NCBI GenBank assembly: GCA_050174015.1
Contig: JBFXKG010000002.1
Location: 128,001 to 192,000, forward strand
From: Candidatus Krumholzibacteriia bacterium
GTDB taxonomy: Bacteria > Krumholzibacteriota > Krumholzibacteriia > LZORAL124-64-63
Reading direction: 5' to 3'
DNA: 64,000 nt
Under the pieces are notes generated by a model. That model ran no database searches, was not told the origin of the DNA, and saw nothing but the letters and a program-made list of their open reading frames with translations. Shown piece by piece: positions 20,086-29,827 of the stretch. The number at the start of each line of letters is the position of its first letter. Within the stretch, counting starts at the first letter, position 1. The translations under genes and the position numbers were made by a program.

Positions 20086-20549
20086 CCATCGAACTGATCC
20101 TCGACGGCAGGCGGACGGCCCTGGAGATCCTGCCGGGACAGAACCTCCTGCAGGCCCTGCGCGGGGCGGCCCGGTTCTCGGTGAAGCTGGGCTGCGAGAC
20201 CGGCGACTGCGGATCGTGCACGGTCCTCCTGGACGGAGAGCCGGTGAACTCCTGCGTCGTGGCTGCGGCCCGCGCCGCCGGCCGGAGCGTCATGACCCTC
20301 GAAGGCCTGCTGGGCGATCCCCTGATGCAGCGCCTGCAGCGGGAACTGGTGGAGAAGGGCGCGGTGCAGTGCGGCTATTGCTCGCCGGGCATGCTCATCA
20401 GCCTGTACGCCCTGCTCCAACAGGAGGAGGCTCCCACGGACCGGGACGTCCGCGAGGCCCTCTCGGGCAACCTCTGCCGCTGCACCGGCTACGTCAAACC
20501 CGTCGAGGCCGCCCTGGCGGTCGCCGCCGCCCTGGGGGGTGGGGCATGA
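20082..20549 (+). CDS. Xanthine dehydrogenase family [2Fe-2S] subunit
   Basis: GCETGDCGSCT, QCGYCSPG, GNLCRCTGY. Confidence 0.93.
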   Translation: MTIELILDGRRTALEILPGQNLLQALRGAARFSVKLGCETGDCGSCTVLLDGEPVNSCVVAAARAAGRSVMTLEGLLGDPLMQRLQRELVEKGAVQCGYCSPGMLISLYALLQQEEAPTDRDVREALSGNLCRCTGYVKPVEAALAVAAALGGGA

Positions 20550-22843
20550 ACAAGGTCGTCGGCACCAACGTCACCAAGATCGACGCGGTCAAGCTGGCCC
20601 GCGGCGAACCCGTCTTCACCGACGACCACCGCCCTCCGGGGATGCTCTACGCCAAGGTCCTGCGTTCGCCCCACGCCCACGCGCGCATCCTCGAGGTCGA
20701 TGCCACAGCAGCGCTCGCGGTGGACGGAGTCGTGGACGTCATCTGGCACCGGGACACCAAGCCCATCCTGCACACGCGCGCGGGGCAGAGCTACCCCGAA
20801 CCCTCGCCCTACGACACCGTGATGATGCCCGAGAAGGCGCGCTTCATCGGGGACCGGGTGGCCGTCGTGGCGGCCGAGACCCTGATCGCCGCGGAACGGG
20901 CCCTGAAGCTGATCGAGGTGAAGTACGAGGTGCTCGAGGCCGTCACCGACATGGACGAGGCCCTGCGGCGCACCGACCTGCTGATCCACGAGACGCCCGA
21001 CCCGCGCGGCATCAGCCAGGCCGGACGGAGCAACCTCGCCGCCCACATCGACAAGCAGGTGGGCGACGTGGACGCAGCGCTGAAGACCTGCGACCTGGTC
21101 GTCGAGCGGACCTACTTCCTGCCCAAGGTGCAGGCCAGCCACATCGAACCCCACGTCAGCATGGCCTGGGTCGACGAGGACGACCGGCTGATCGTCCGCA
21201 CCAGCACCCAGATCCCGTTTCACCTGCGCCGCATGCTGGCCCGCATCCTGGAGATCCCCGAGGCGCGCATCCGCGTGATCAAACCCCGGGTCGGCGGAGG
21301 CTTCGGCGACAAGCAGGAGCTGGTGGTCGAGGATTTGGTTTCCTTCCTCGCCCTGCGCCTGCGCCGGCCGGTGCGCCTGGAGTTCACCCGCCACGAGGAA
21401 CTGGTGGCCGCGCGGTTGCGCCATTCCCAGCGCATCGTGATGACCACGGGGGTGATGAAGGACGGGACCATCGTCGCCAACCGGATGCACGTGACCGCGG
21501 ACACCGGAGCCTACGGCAGTCACGCCCTGACCGTCCAGGGCAACACCGGCCAGAAGGTGCTGCCCATGTACCCGGCGCCGAACATCCACTTCATCGTGGA
21601 CTGCGCCTACACCAACAACCCCATCAGCGGGGCCTTCCGCGGCTACGGCGCGCCCCAGGGCTGCTTCGCCCTGGAGTGCCACATCGACGAGGTGGCGCGC
21701 GAACTGGGCCTGGACCGCCTGGAGTTGCGGAAGAAGAACCACATCCGCCTGGGCGACACCGATCCCCTGAGCGCCAAGCTGGGCGAGGGCAAGGAGGGCC
21801 TGGTCCGCGTGGTCCACAGCACCAGCCTCGAGGAGTGCATCAGGCGCGGTTGCGAGGCCATCGGCTGGGAAGACAGGCGTCCGCCCACGCAGCCCTGCTT
21901 CAAGCGCGGCCTGGGCATGGCCCTGGCCATGCAGGGTTCGGGCATCGCAGGGGTCGACTGGGGCGGAGCCACCGTCAAGCTCAACGACGACGGCAGCGTG
22001 AACCTGACCGTGGGAGCCACCGACATCGGGCAGGGCTCGGACACGGTGCTCGCCCAGCTGTGCGCCGAGGAACTGGGCATCCCCTACGACAAGGTGCTGA
22101 TCCTCAGCTCGGACACCGACTTCACGCCGTTCGACGTGGGGGCCTACGCCAGCAGCACCACCTACGTCTCGGGCGGGGCGGTGGTCAAGGCGGCCTGCAG
22201 GTTGCGGGAACAACTGGCCGGCCTCCTCGGTACAAAGTGGGAGTGCGATCCCGGAGACCTGGTCTTCAGCGAAGGAAGGGTCACCGGGCCCCGGGGCCAA
22301 TCCATGACCATGCAGGACGTCGCCCTGTTCGCGCTCTACGAGGCGAAGATCCAGCCGATGGCGACCGAGAGCCACATGAGCAACGAATCGCCGCCCCCGT
22401 TCGCGGCCCAGTTCGCCGAAGTGGAGGTGGACACGGAGACCGGCCAGGTCTTCGTCCGGAAGTTCGTCTCGGCGGTGGATTGCGGGACCGTGGTCCATCC
22501 CCGGATGGCCGAGGGTCAGGTCGAGGGGGCGGTCGCCCAGGGCATGGGCTACGCCTTGTGGGAGGAGGTCATCGTGGACCGGGCGGGAAAAGTCTTGAAT
22601 CCGCACTTCCTGGACTACAAGATCGCCACCGCCCTGGACATGCCGGAGCTCGTCACGTTCCTGGTCGAAACCAGCGAACCCAGCGGCCCGTACGGGGCCA
22701 AGGCCGCCGGCGAGGTGCCCATCGACGGGCCGGCCCCGGCGATCGTCAACGCCATCTGCGACGCCGTCGGAGTCCGGTGCTACCGGATCCCGGCAACCCC
22801 TGAACGCGTGTGGCGCGCCATGAAGGAGCAGAAGAGTTCTTGA
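20546..22843 (+). CDS. Xanthine dehydrogenase family molybdopterin-binding subunit (XdhD-like)
   Basis: RSPHAHARI, GGGFGDKQE, AFRGYGAPQ, DIGQG, GAKAAGE catalytic Glu. Confidence 0.92.
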   Translation: MNKVVGTNVTKIDAVKLARGEPVFTDDHRPPGMLYAKVLRSPHAHARILEVDATAALAVDGVVDVIWHRDTKPILHTRAGQSYPEPSPYDTVMMPEKARFIGDRVAVVAAETLIAAERALKLIEVKYEVLEAVTDMDEALRRTDLLIHETPDPRGISQAGRSNLAAHIDKQVGDVDAALKTCDLVVERTYFLPKVQASHIEPHVSMAWVDEDDRLIVRTSTQIPFHLRRMLARILEIPEARIRVIKPRVGGGFGDKQELVVEDLVSFLALRLRRPVRLEFTRHEELVAARLRHSQRIVMTTGVMKDGTIVANRMHVTADTGAYGSHALTVQGNTGQKVLPMYPAPNIHFIVDCAYTNNPISGAFRGYGAPQGCFALECHIDEVARELGLDRLELRKKNHIRLGDTDPLSAKLGEGKEGLVRVVHSTSLEECIRRGCEAIGWEDRRPPTQPCFKRGLGMALAMQGSGIAGVDWGGATVKLNDDGSVNLTVGATDIGQGSDTVLAQLCAEELGIPYDKVLILSSDTDFTPFDVGAYASSTTYVSGGAVVKAACRLREQLAGLLGTKWECDPGDLVFSEGRVTGPRGQSMTMQDVALFALYEAKIQPMATESHMSNESPPPFAAQFAEVEVDTETGQVFVRKFVSAVDCGTVVHPRMAEGQVEGAVAQGMGYALWEEVIVDRAGKVLNPHFLDYKIATALDMPELVTFLVETSEPSGPYGAKAAGEVPIDGPAPAIVNAICDAVGVRCYRIPATPERVWRAMKEQKSS

Positions 22844-22869
22844 AACCCCATTTACGGAGGACGGCCACG

Positions 22870-23478
22870 ATGAGGACCACGCGCATTCTTCCCGTCATGA
22901 TCCTGGCGGCCCTGCTGGCCGTGGGCGGCTGCAGCGGCGGCAAGCAGGTCACCCGGGTGGACACCGGGGAGCAGATCGACCTTTCCGGCCGCTGGAACGA
23001 CACCGACAGCCGGATGGTCTCGGCCGCTCTCGTCGGCCAGATCCTGGCCACGCCCTGGGTCGAGGACTTCCTCGCCGAGAAGGGCAAGAAGCCCACGGTG
23101 ATCATCGCCCCGGTGGCCAACAAGACCAGCGAACACATCGCCACCCAGACCCTCACCGCGGACCTCGAGCGCCAGTTCATCAACGGCGGCCGGGTCAAGG
23201 TGGTGGCCTCGGCCGAGGAACGCGACCAGGTCCGGACCGAGCGCGCGGACCAGCAGGAGTTCGCCTCGCCCGAGACCATGAAGCAGTGGGGGCGCGAGCG
23301 CGGCGCCGACTTCATGCTCATCGGCGAGATCAACACCCAGAACGACAGCGAGGAAGGCACCGAGCTGAAGTACTACCAGGTCGACTGCTACCTGGTGGAC
23401 CTCCAGGACAACACCAAGGTCTGGGCGGGATTCGAGAAGATCAAGAAGGTCGTCGGTCGCGGCAAGTACAAGCCCTGA
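22870..23478 (+). CDS. LpoB-like lipoprotein (penicillin-binding protein activator family)
   Basis: Lipobox VGGC; DLSGRWNDTD, NKTSEHI, GADFML, KVWAG. Confidence 0.8.
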   Translation: MRTTRILPVMILAALLAVGGCSGGKQVTRVDTGEQIDLSGRWNDTDSRMVSAALVGQILATPWVEDFLAEKGKKPTVIIAPVANKTSEHIATQTLTADLERQFINGGRVKVVASAEERDQVRTERADQQEFASPETMKQWGRERGADFMLIGEINTQNDSEEGTELKYYQVDCYLVDLQDNTKVWAGFEKIKKVVGRGKYKP

Positions 23479-23483
23479 TCCCG

Positions 23484-24944
23484 ATGATCGACCCTGCCCG
23501 CAGCCGGACCGGGGCGGCGCTGAGGCTCGCCGCCCTCTTCCTGGCCGGAGGCGCCCTGCTGCTGGGCGCAGCCGGCTGCGCCACGTATTCCGCCAGGATC
23601 GCCGATCTCAGACCCCAGCTCGCCGGCGGCGACTTCGCCGGTGCCCTCGAGACCGTCGAGGACAACACGGGGGGCAAGGACCGCCTGCTCTACCACCTGG
23701 AGCGGGGCACGGTCCTGCACTACGCCGACCGTTACGCCGAGAGCAACGAGGCCTTCGCCCTGGCCGAACAGCTGGCCGACGATCTCTACACCAGGTCCGT
23801 CTCCGAGGGGGCCCTGTCCCTGATCACCAACGACGGTGCCATCAGCTACCGGGCCCGTCCCTTCGAGATGGCCATGGTCCCCTACTTCAAGGCCCTGAAC
23901 TACCTCGGGCTCGGCGAGCCCGCGGAGGCCCTGGTCGAGGCCCGCCGGGCCGGCGAGGTCCAGGCCCGCTACGTCGAGGCCACCCTGGCCGCCGTCCGGG
24001 AGGAGGACCGGGGGGACCTGGCCAGGCTGCGCGCCGATCCCTTCCTGCTCTACTGGAGCGCCATGCTCTACGAGTGGGGCCGCGAGACCAACAACGCGTT
24101 CATCGCCTACCGCAACGCCGCCGTGGCCTATCAGGAACTGTCGGGCCTGCTCGAGGTGGAGATCCCGGCCTCCCTGGGCGGGGACCTCATCCGCACCGGC
24201 ACGCGCCTGGGCTTCGGGTCGGAGCTGGCCGAACTTCGGGCATCCTGCCCGGACGTCTTCGCCGCGGCCCCGGACACGGCGGCCGGCGACCGGGGCGCCA
24301 CGGGCGAGGTGGTCCTGACGATCGAGTCGGGTTACGTGCCCCAGAAGGAGCAGGTGCGGTTCGACTTCCCGGTCTTCGAGTCGGAGGACTACCGGGACCA
24401 CGACTCCTGGGCCTGGGAATACTACGGGAGCCGGGGCAACTTCCCGGCCATGGCCGGAGGCCGCAAGATCGAGTACTGGATCTCGGTGGCCGCGCCCGAG
24501 TTGAAGGATGACCGGCCGGAGGTCGTCGGCGGTTGCCGGGTCACCGCGGGAATCACCGGAAGCCATGCCACAGGCGCCAGGGTGGCGAATCTCGCCCGGG
24601 AGGCCCGCATCACCTTCGATGCGGAGAAACCCAGCATCTTCTTCAAGACCATTCTGCGCGGCCTGACCAAGTACCTCGCCACCCGGCAGGCGAAGAAGTC
24701 GGGGGGGACCGTCGCCGGGGTGCTCACCAACCTCTTCGGGGCCGCGATCGAGAAGGCGGATACGCGCAGCTGGCTGACGTTGCCCGAGTCGATCCGGATG
24801 GTCCGGCTGTCCCTGCCTCCGGGAACCTACGACCTCGAGGTCGAGATCCTCGATTCCCGGGGGCATCCCTTCCTTACCGACCGGCTGCCGGGCGTCACGG
24901 TGAGCGCCGGCGGTTGGACCTTCCTCTCCCGCCGCGTATTCTGA
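23484..24944 (+). CDS. COG3014-family lipoprotein (TPR-like)
   Basis: Lipobox AAGC; LYHLERG, ALNYL, ALVEARR, ADTRSWLTLP. Confidence 0.8.
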   Translation: MIDPARSRTGAALRLAALFLAGGALLLGAAGCATYSARIADLRPQLAGGDFAGALETVEDNTGGKDRLLYHLERGTVLHYADRYAESNEAFALAEQLADDLYTRSVSEGALSLITNDGAISYRARPFEMAMVPYFKALNYLGLGEPAEALVEARRAGEVQARYVEATLAAVREEDRGDLARLRADPFLLYWSAMLYEWGRETNNAFIAYRNAAVAYQELSGLLEVEIPASLGGDLIRTGTRLGFGSELAELRASCPDVFAAAPDTAAGDRGATGEVVLTIESGYVPQKEQVRFDFPVFESEDYRDHDSWAWEYYGSRGNFPAMAGGRKIEYWISVAAPELKDDRPEVVGGCRVTAGITGSHATGARVANLAREARITFDAEKPSIFFKTILRGLTKYLATRQAKKSGGTVAGVLTNLFGAAIEKADTRSWLTLPESIRMVRLSLPPGTYDLEVEILDSRGHPFLTDRLPGVTVSAGGWTFLSRRVF

Positions 24945-24950
24945 GGGGAT

Positions 24951-26366
24951 TCACCGGCCCTGGAGGATCGGAACCGGAGGCGCGACCAGGGCGGTGGCCC
25001 CGGGATCGGCCGGGGCGTGCGCCCAGCGTCCGGCGTTCCCCAGCAGGACTTCGGCCACCTGGCGCCGCTGGATCAGGTTCAGGCCCGCCGGCCAGGCTGC
25101 AAGTTCGGCAGGGGCCGGCGACCTGCCCAGGAAATCGCGATAGACTGCGTCGAGGAAACCGCCCCAGGTGGCCCCAGCCGATTCCCAGTACGGGTCGGCG
25201 GACATCCGCGCGACGATGGGCCGCCAGTGGCGGCGGTCCCCGGGGTCGCGCCCGTCGGGGTGGGGCGGACGGCCCAGGCGCGGCGCGTCGCGGTACTCCC
25301 GCCCGATCATGAATTGCCACAGGATGTTCCTGCGCCGGGCGCGGTCCAGGGCGGCAGTCCAGGCCCGTTCCTCGTCCGCGGCGATGGGGCGGCCGACGAC
25401 GCCGGGATAAAGGGCCTGCAGGAAGGGCAGGGGCAGGGGATCTTCTTCCTCCCATGCGGAGTTCGTCGGGGCGAACCACAGGTCGCCCCGGGCGAGGTCC
25501 TCGCGGGCGGCGCCCCGCACGTAGCCGGGTCCCACCCTCAGGTGATCCGTCCAGGCGTCGGGATAGGTCTGGCCGAGGACGGTGGCCAGCACGCCCATGG
25601 AGACCGCGATCGAGACGAGCCCCCGGCCCCGCAGGAAGTCGCCCGCCCAGAAGACCATGGCGATCAGGGTCAACCCCGTGACCAGGGGATTGGGCCAGTG
25701 GGCCAGGGCGAACACGACCGCGCACATGATCCTGATCGATGCGGGACCCGCTCCCAGGCGTCTCAGATCCCCGGCAGGCAGGGCGAGGAAGACGGTCAAC
25801 TGGACCAGGGCGTAGAGCGGATAGAGGAGGACGCCCTGGAGCAGGGACCGGCCGACGGGATCGCCTCCGAAGAGCAATCCGCCGGCCAGGAGCCCGGCGA
25901 GCAGGACGGCGTCCCTGGCGAAGTCCCCGATCCGGGGGCGGGGACCGAAGTCGAGACGGCCGCCCCGCCACTCGCGGGCCAGGTGGGCCGCCAGGCCGCC
26001 GACGACCAGGATGAGGACGGCTCGACCACCGGGACCCAGTCCGGCCAGGCCGGAGGCCGGCCAGACCAGCCAGATCCCCGCCAGCAGGAGAGGATGGACC
26101 AGCAGCAGGCGGGCCCAGGGCGCGGCGACCCCTCGGGCGCGCGCCCAGGCCGATCCTTGCCACAGCAGGATGGCGGCAATCGCCGACCACGCCGCGGCCC
26201 AGTAGGCGAGGGATCCGGCCACCGCCGGAACCGGGAGGGACAGGGGCCAGGCGTAGGCGCGCTCGGCCGGACCCAGGGCGACGGCCTGGGCCCAGGACAA
26301 GCAGGCGAGGCAGGCCGCCAGCCAGCCCCAGCCGAGAAGCCCGGACATTCGCGGGTTTGCAGTCAT
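24951..26366 (-). CDS. Membrane protein with degenerate CPBP/Abi-like core and C-terminal DUF4214-like repeats
   Basis: About 8 TM helices, FALAHWPN; two F-x-x-A-x-Y...GR...E...W repeats; start uncertain. Confidence 0.55.
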   Translation of the reverse strand: MTANPRMSGLLGWGWLAACLACLSWAQAVALGPAERAYAWPLSLPVPAVAGSLAYWAAAWSAIAAILLWQGSAWARARGVAAPWARLLLVHPLLLAGIWLVWPASGLAGLGPGGRAVLILVVGGLAAHLAREWRGGRLDFGPRPRIGDFARDAVLLAGLLAGGLLFGGDPVGRSLLQGVLLYPLYALVQLTVFLALPAGDLRRLGAGPASIRIMCAVVFALAHWPNPLVTGLTLIAMVFWAGDFLRGRGLVSIAVSMGVLATVLGQTYPDAWTDHLRVGPGYVRGAAREDLARGDLWFAPTNSAWEEEDPLPLPFLQALYPGVVGRPIAADEERAWTAALDRARRRNILWQFMIGREYRDAPRLGRPPHPDGRDPGDRRHWRPIVARMSADPYWESAGATWGGFLDAVYRDFLGRSPAPAELAAWPAGLNLIQRRQVAEVLLGNAGRWAHAPADPGATALVAPPVPILQGR

Positions 26367-26503
26367 GGAGTCGGAGCGGTGTCCTTTCAGCCGCGGGCGG
26401 TCCGAGATGCTTCCTTGTGCCTGATCGAGGGAGGTCGGTATACTCGCATGAAACCATGTCCGGTCATCGGCCGCCACCCTGGAATCGCCGCCCTGGAGTT
26501 CGC

Positions 26504-28216
26504 ATGGCCCTGAGCGTCCGCAAATCCTTCTTCCTGGTCGCCGTCCTGCTGATCGTCCTGAGCATGGGTCTGGCGTTCCGCTGGGACATGGAACATCGCC
26601 TCCAGGGACTCGAGGGCCTGATGATCGACCACGCGGGCGCCATCAGCGACATCGTGGCCGAGGCCAACTGGCACGGCCTCCAGGTCTACCAGAAGTGGGA
26701 GAACGAGATCGCCCGCCGACTCATCAACAACGCCCAGTGGATCGCCCGTGAGGATTCCCTCGCCCCGCTGGGCCAGCTCGCCCTGCGGGACCTGGCGCCA
26801 CCCCTGGGTCTGCACCAGATCTGGATCCTGGATGAGGACGCGCGGATGATCACCTCCAACTGGGAGGAGCACGGGCGGGAATGCCTGGCGGGCCTGCCCG
26901 AGGATTTCCTGACCTCCCTGGCCGGGGGCCGGGTCAAGCAGGCCAAGCTGGGGTTCCACCGCCGCAGCGGGATCGGGTGTTGGTGCTACGTGGTGGGCGC
27001 GGCCCGGCCGGGAGGGGGAGCCGTCCTGGTCGACGCCCTGGCCGACAGCCTGATCCTGATGCGCAGGGAGATCGGCCCCGGCCATCTGATCAAGTCCATC
27101 GGCCAGGGGCGCAGCGTCAGGTACGTGGTCTTCCAGGACGAGACCGGGGTCCAGGCCTCCTCCACCGACCGGATCGAGTTCCTGCCGACGGGGCAGGATC
27201 CCTACCTGCAGCCGCTGCTCCAGGGCCAGGAGTGGGTGGCCAAGGAAAGCGACACGCCGCTGGGCCGCATCTACGAGGTGGCGCGGGTGGTGCCCCTGTT
27301 CGGGGGGGACGCCCTTCTGCGCGTGGGGCTGGACGCCGCCCCGTTGACCGAACTGAGAGCCGACATCCGCCGCCGCACGATCATGCGGGCGGTGGTGCTG
27401 GGGGTGAGCGTGCTGCTGCTGTCCGCCCTGATGATGGCCTGGCAGCGGCAGGGCGCCCTGGACCGCCAGGTCGAGCGCATCAGCCGCGAGCTCAGGCGGA
27501 AGGAGGAGGAGGCGCGCCGGGCCGAGAAGCTGGTGGCCATGGGATCCCTGGCCGCGGGCGTGGCCCACCAGATCCGCAATCCCCTGAACAGCATCCACAT
27601 GATCGCCCAGGTCCTCGGCCGGCGGGAAGGGCTGGGGCCCGAGGTGCGCGAGCAGGCGCGGCACATCCGGGACGAGAGCGCCCGCATCGAGACCATCGTG
27701 CAGGAGTTCCTCGATTTCGCGCGCCCCCGGGAACCCGTGTTCGAATCCATCGACCTGGCCGGACTGGTCCGGGACGTCGCGGCGGTCCAGGAATCCGCGC
27801 ACGGCGATCGGGACCTCATCGTGTCCGCCTACGCGCCGGGTCTCGAGGCGGAGGTCGACCGGGCCTTCATGACGGAGATCCTGGAGAATCTCGTGCGGAA
27901 CGCCGCCGAGGCGGTGGGAACCGGCGGCAAGATCCTGGTTTCCCTGATCGGCGCGGGGGACCGGGCCGAGATCGTCGTGGCCGACGACGGGCCGGGCATC
28001 GAGCCGGGGATCCGGGACCGCATCTTCGACCTGTACTTCACGACCCGGCCGGAAGGGAACGGGCTGGGATTGAGCCTGGCCGTCCAGATGGCCGGGGCGA
28101 TGGGCGGGAACCTGGCCCTATCCGACGAGCCCGGCCTCGACGGCAAGGGCGCCCGGTTCGTCCTGACCATACCCCTGAGCCGGCACCGTCGCAGCACGGA
28201 GAAGAGGGAACCATGA
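26504..28216 (+). CDS. Membrane sensor histidine kinase (NtrB/ZraS-like)
   Basis: Two TM helices flanking periplasmic domain; AHQIRNPLN, ENLVRNA, DDGPGI, FTTR, GLGL. Confidence 0.93.
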   Translation: MALSVRKSFFLVAVLLIVLSMGLAFRWDMEHRLQGLEGLMIDHAGAISDIVAEANWHGLQVYQKWENEIARRLINNAQWIAREDSLAPLGQLALRDLAPPLGLHQIWILDEDARMITSNWEEHGRECLAGLPEDFLTSLAGGRVKQAKLGFHRRSGIGCWCYVVGAARPGGGAVLVDALADSLILMRREIGPGHLIKSIGQGRSVRYVVFQDETGVQASSTDRIEFLPTGQDPYLQPLLQGQEWVAKESDTPLGRIYEVARVVPLFGGDALLRVGLDAAPLTELRADIRRRTIMRAVVLGVSVLLLSALMMAWQRQGALDRQVERISRELRRKEEEARRAEKLVAMGSLAAGVAHQIRNPLNSIHMIAQVLGRREGLGPEVREQARHIRDESARIETIVQEFLDFARPREPVFESIDLAGLVRDVAAVQESAHGDRDLIVSAYAPGLEAEVDRAFMTEILENLVRNAAEAVGTGGKILVSLIGAGDRAEIVVADDGPGIEPGIRDRIFDLYFTTRPEGNGLGLSLAVQMAGAMGGNLALSDEPGLDGKGARFVLTIPLSRHRRSTEKREP

Positions 28217-29604
28217 ACCAGCAACGCCTCGTCCTGGTGGTCGACGACGAGCAGACCCAGCGCCGGACCGTGGCCGGCATCCTCGAGGGCTGGGGCCACG
28301 AGGTGAAGGAGGCGGGTTCGGGCCGGGAGGCCCTGGACGCGCTCGCCGGGCAGGCCTTCGACCTCGTCCTGACCGACCTGCGCATGCCCGGCATGACGGG
28401 GCTCCAGTTGCTGAAGGAATGCCGGGCGGTCCGTCCGGACGTCGCGGTGGTGGTCATGACCGCGTTCGGCAGCATCGAGACCGCCGTCGAGGCCATGAAG
28501 TCCGGCGCTGCGGACTTCCTGACCAAGCCCATCGACCTCGACCAGCTCGAGGTGGTGGTCAAGCGCACCCTCGAGATGAAGCGGCTGATCCGCGAGAACA
28601 AGCTCCTGCGCCGGCGCCTGGAGGAGACCAGCGCCGGGTTCAAGCTCATCGGCCGGTCCCGGAAGATGGCCGAGGTCCTGAACCGTGCCGCCCGGGCCGC
28701 CGAGACCGACGCCACGGTGCTGATCCGGGGCGAAAGCGGCACGGGCAAGGAACTGCTGGCGCGGTCCCTGCACGACCTCAGTCCCCGCGCCGACCGGCCC
28801 TTCGTGGCGGTGAACTGCGCCGCCCTGCCCGAGACCCTGCTGGAAAGCGAGCTGTTCGGCCACGTCAAGGGCTCCTTCACGGGGGCGGACCGGGACCGTC
28901 CCGGCCGCGTGGCGGCCGCCGAGGGAGGGACCATCTTCCTGGACGAGATCGGGGACGTCAGCCCCCTGGTCCAGGTCAAGCTGTTGCGCTTCCTTCAGGA
29001 GCGGGAGTACTCACCGGTGGGTTCGGACCTCACCCTGCGCGCCGACGTCCGGGTGGTGACCGCCACCCACCGGGACCTGCCGGCCGCCGTGGCCGCGGGA
29101 TCCTTCCGCGAGGACCTGTTCTTCCGCCTCAAGGTGGTGGGGCTTGATCTGCCGCCCCTGCGGGAACGGCGGGAGGACATCCCCGAGCTGGCTGCCCTCT
29201 TCCTGGAAAGGTTCGCCCAGCGCTACCAGCGGCCGGCCCGCAGGTTCAGCTCGGAGGCCATGGCCTGCCTGATGTCCCATCCCTTCCGGGGCAACATCAG
29301 GGAACTGGAGAACGTCATCGAGCAGGCCGTGGTCATGGCCCGGGACGTGGTGATCCAGGCCGAGGACCTGTCCTGCGCCGGTGCGACTCCTCCCGGCGGA
29401 GGAGCCGAATCGGGCGTGCCGACCCTGGCCAACGTCGAGGGGAACCTGCCCGGAGTGCTGGAGGCCCTCGAGCGCAGGATCGTCATGGAAACCCTGGCCG
29501 CCTTCTCGGGCAACCAGAGCAGCGCCGCCCGGCACCTGGGCCTGACCGAGAGCGGGCTGCGCTACAAGCTGAGCAAGTGGCGCGAAACCGACGACGCCGG
29601 TTAG
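28213..29604 (+). CDS. Sigma54-dependent response regulator (NtrC/ZraR family)
   Basis: Receiver (VVDD, TDLRMP, KP), GESGTGKE, ESELFGH-GSFTGA, FLDEIG, C-terminal Fis-type HTH. Confidence 0.95.
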   Translation: MNQQRLVLVVDDEQTQRRTVAGILEGWGHEVKEAGSGREALDALAGQAFDLVLTDLRMPGMTGLQLLKECRAVRPDVAVVVMTAFGSIETAVEAMKSGAADFLTKPIDLDQLEVVVKRTLEMKRLIRENKLLRRRLEETSAGFKLIGRSRKMAEVLNRAARAAETDATVLIRGESGTGKELLARSLHDLSPRADRPFVAVNCAALPETLLESELFGHVKGSFTGADRDRPGRVAAAEGGTIFLDEIGDVSPLVQVKLLRFLQEREYSPVGSDLTLRADVRVVTATHRDLPAAVAAGSFREDLFFRLKVVGLDLPPLRERREDIPELAALFLERFAQRYQRPARRFSSEAMACLMSHPFRGNIRELENVIEQAVVMARDVVIQAEDLSCAGATPPGGGAESGVPTLANVEGNLPGVLEALERRIVMETLAAFSGNQSSAARHLGLTESGLRYKLSKWRETDDAG

Positions 29605-29622
29605 CGGACGCGTCATCCGGGC

Positions 29623-29668
29623 CGCAGGGATCCGCGATTCAGCCGACGGATTTCCGCAGATTCATGCG
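29623..29668 (+). promoter_or_regulatory. Paired palindromic enhancer sites (CGCA-N6-YGCG) upstream of first paralog
   Basis: CGCAgggatcCGCG (29623) and CGCAgattcaTGCG (29655), 32 bp apart. Confidence 0.6.
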
Positions 29669-29671
29669 AGG

Positions 29672-29701
29672 AAACGGGCCCCCGACGGGGGTCCGTTTTT
29701 T
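29672..29701 (+). terminator. Rho-independent terminator of the two-component operon
   Basis: AAACGGGCCCCC-GAC-GGGGGTCCGTTT followed by T run. Confidence 0.7.
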
Positions 29702-29752
29702 CAAGTCCTTTGCTTTCAACGCTCCAGGGAGAAGGGGGGATCCGGGTCGCCG

Positions 29753-29770
29753 TTGGTCCGGGGGTTGCAA
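29753..29770 (+). promoter_or_regulatory. Sigma54 -24/-12 promoter 1
   Basis: TTGGTCCGGGGGTTGCAA: GG-N10-GC, about 60 nt upstream of ATG 29828. Confidence 0.75.
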
Positions 29771-29827
29771 CCCGCCGGGTGAAACATCACCTGGGCCATC
29801 AACCCTGATCGATCAAGGAGAGAGACC

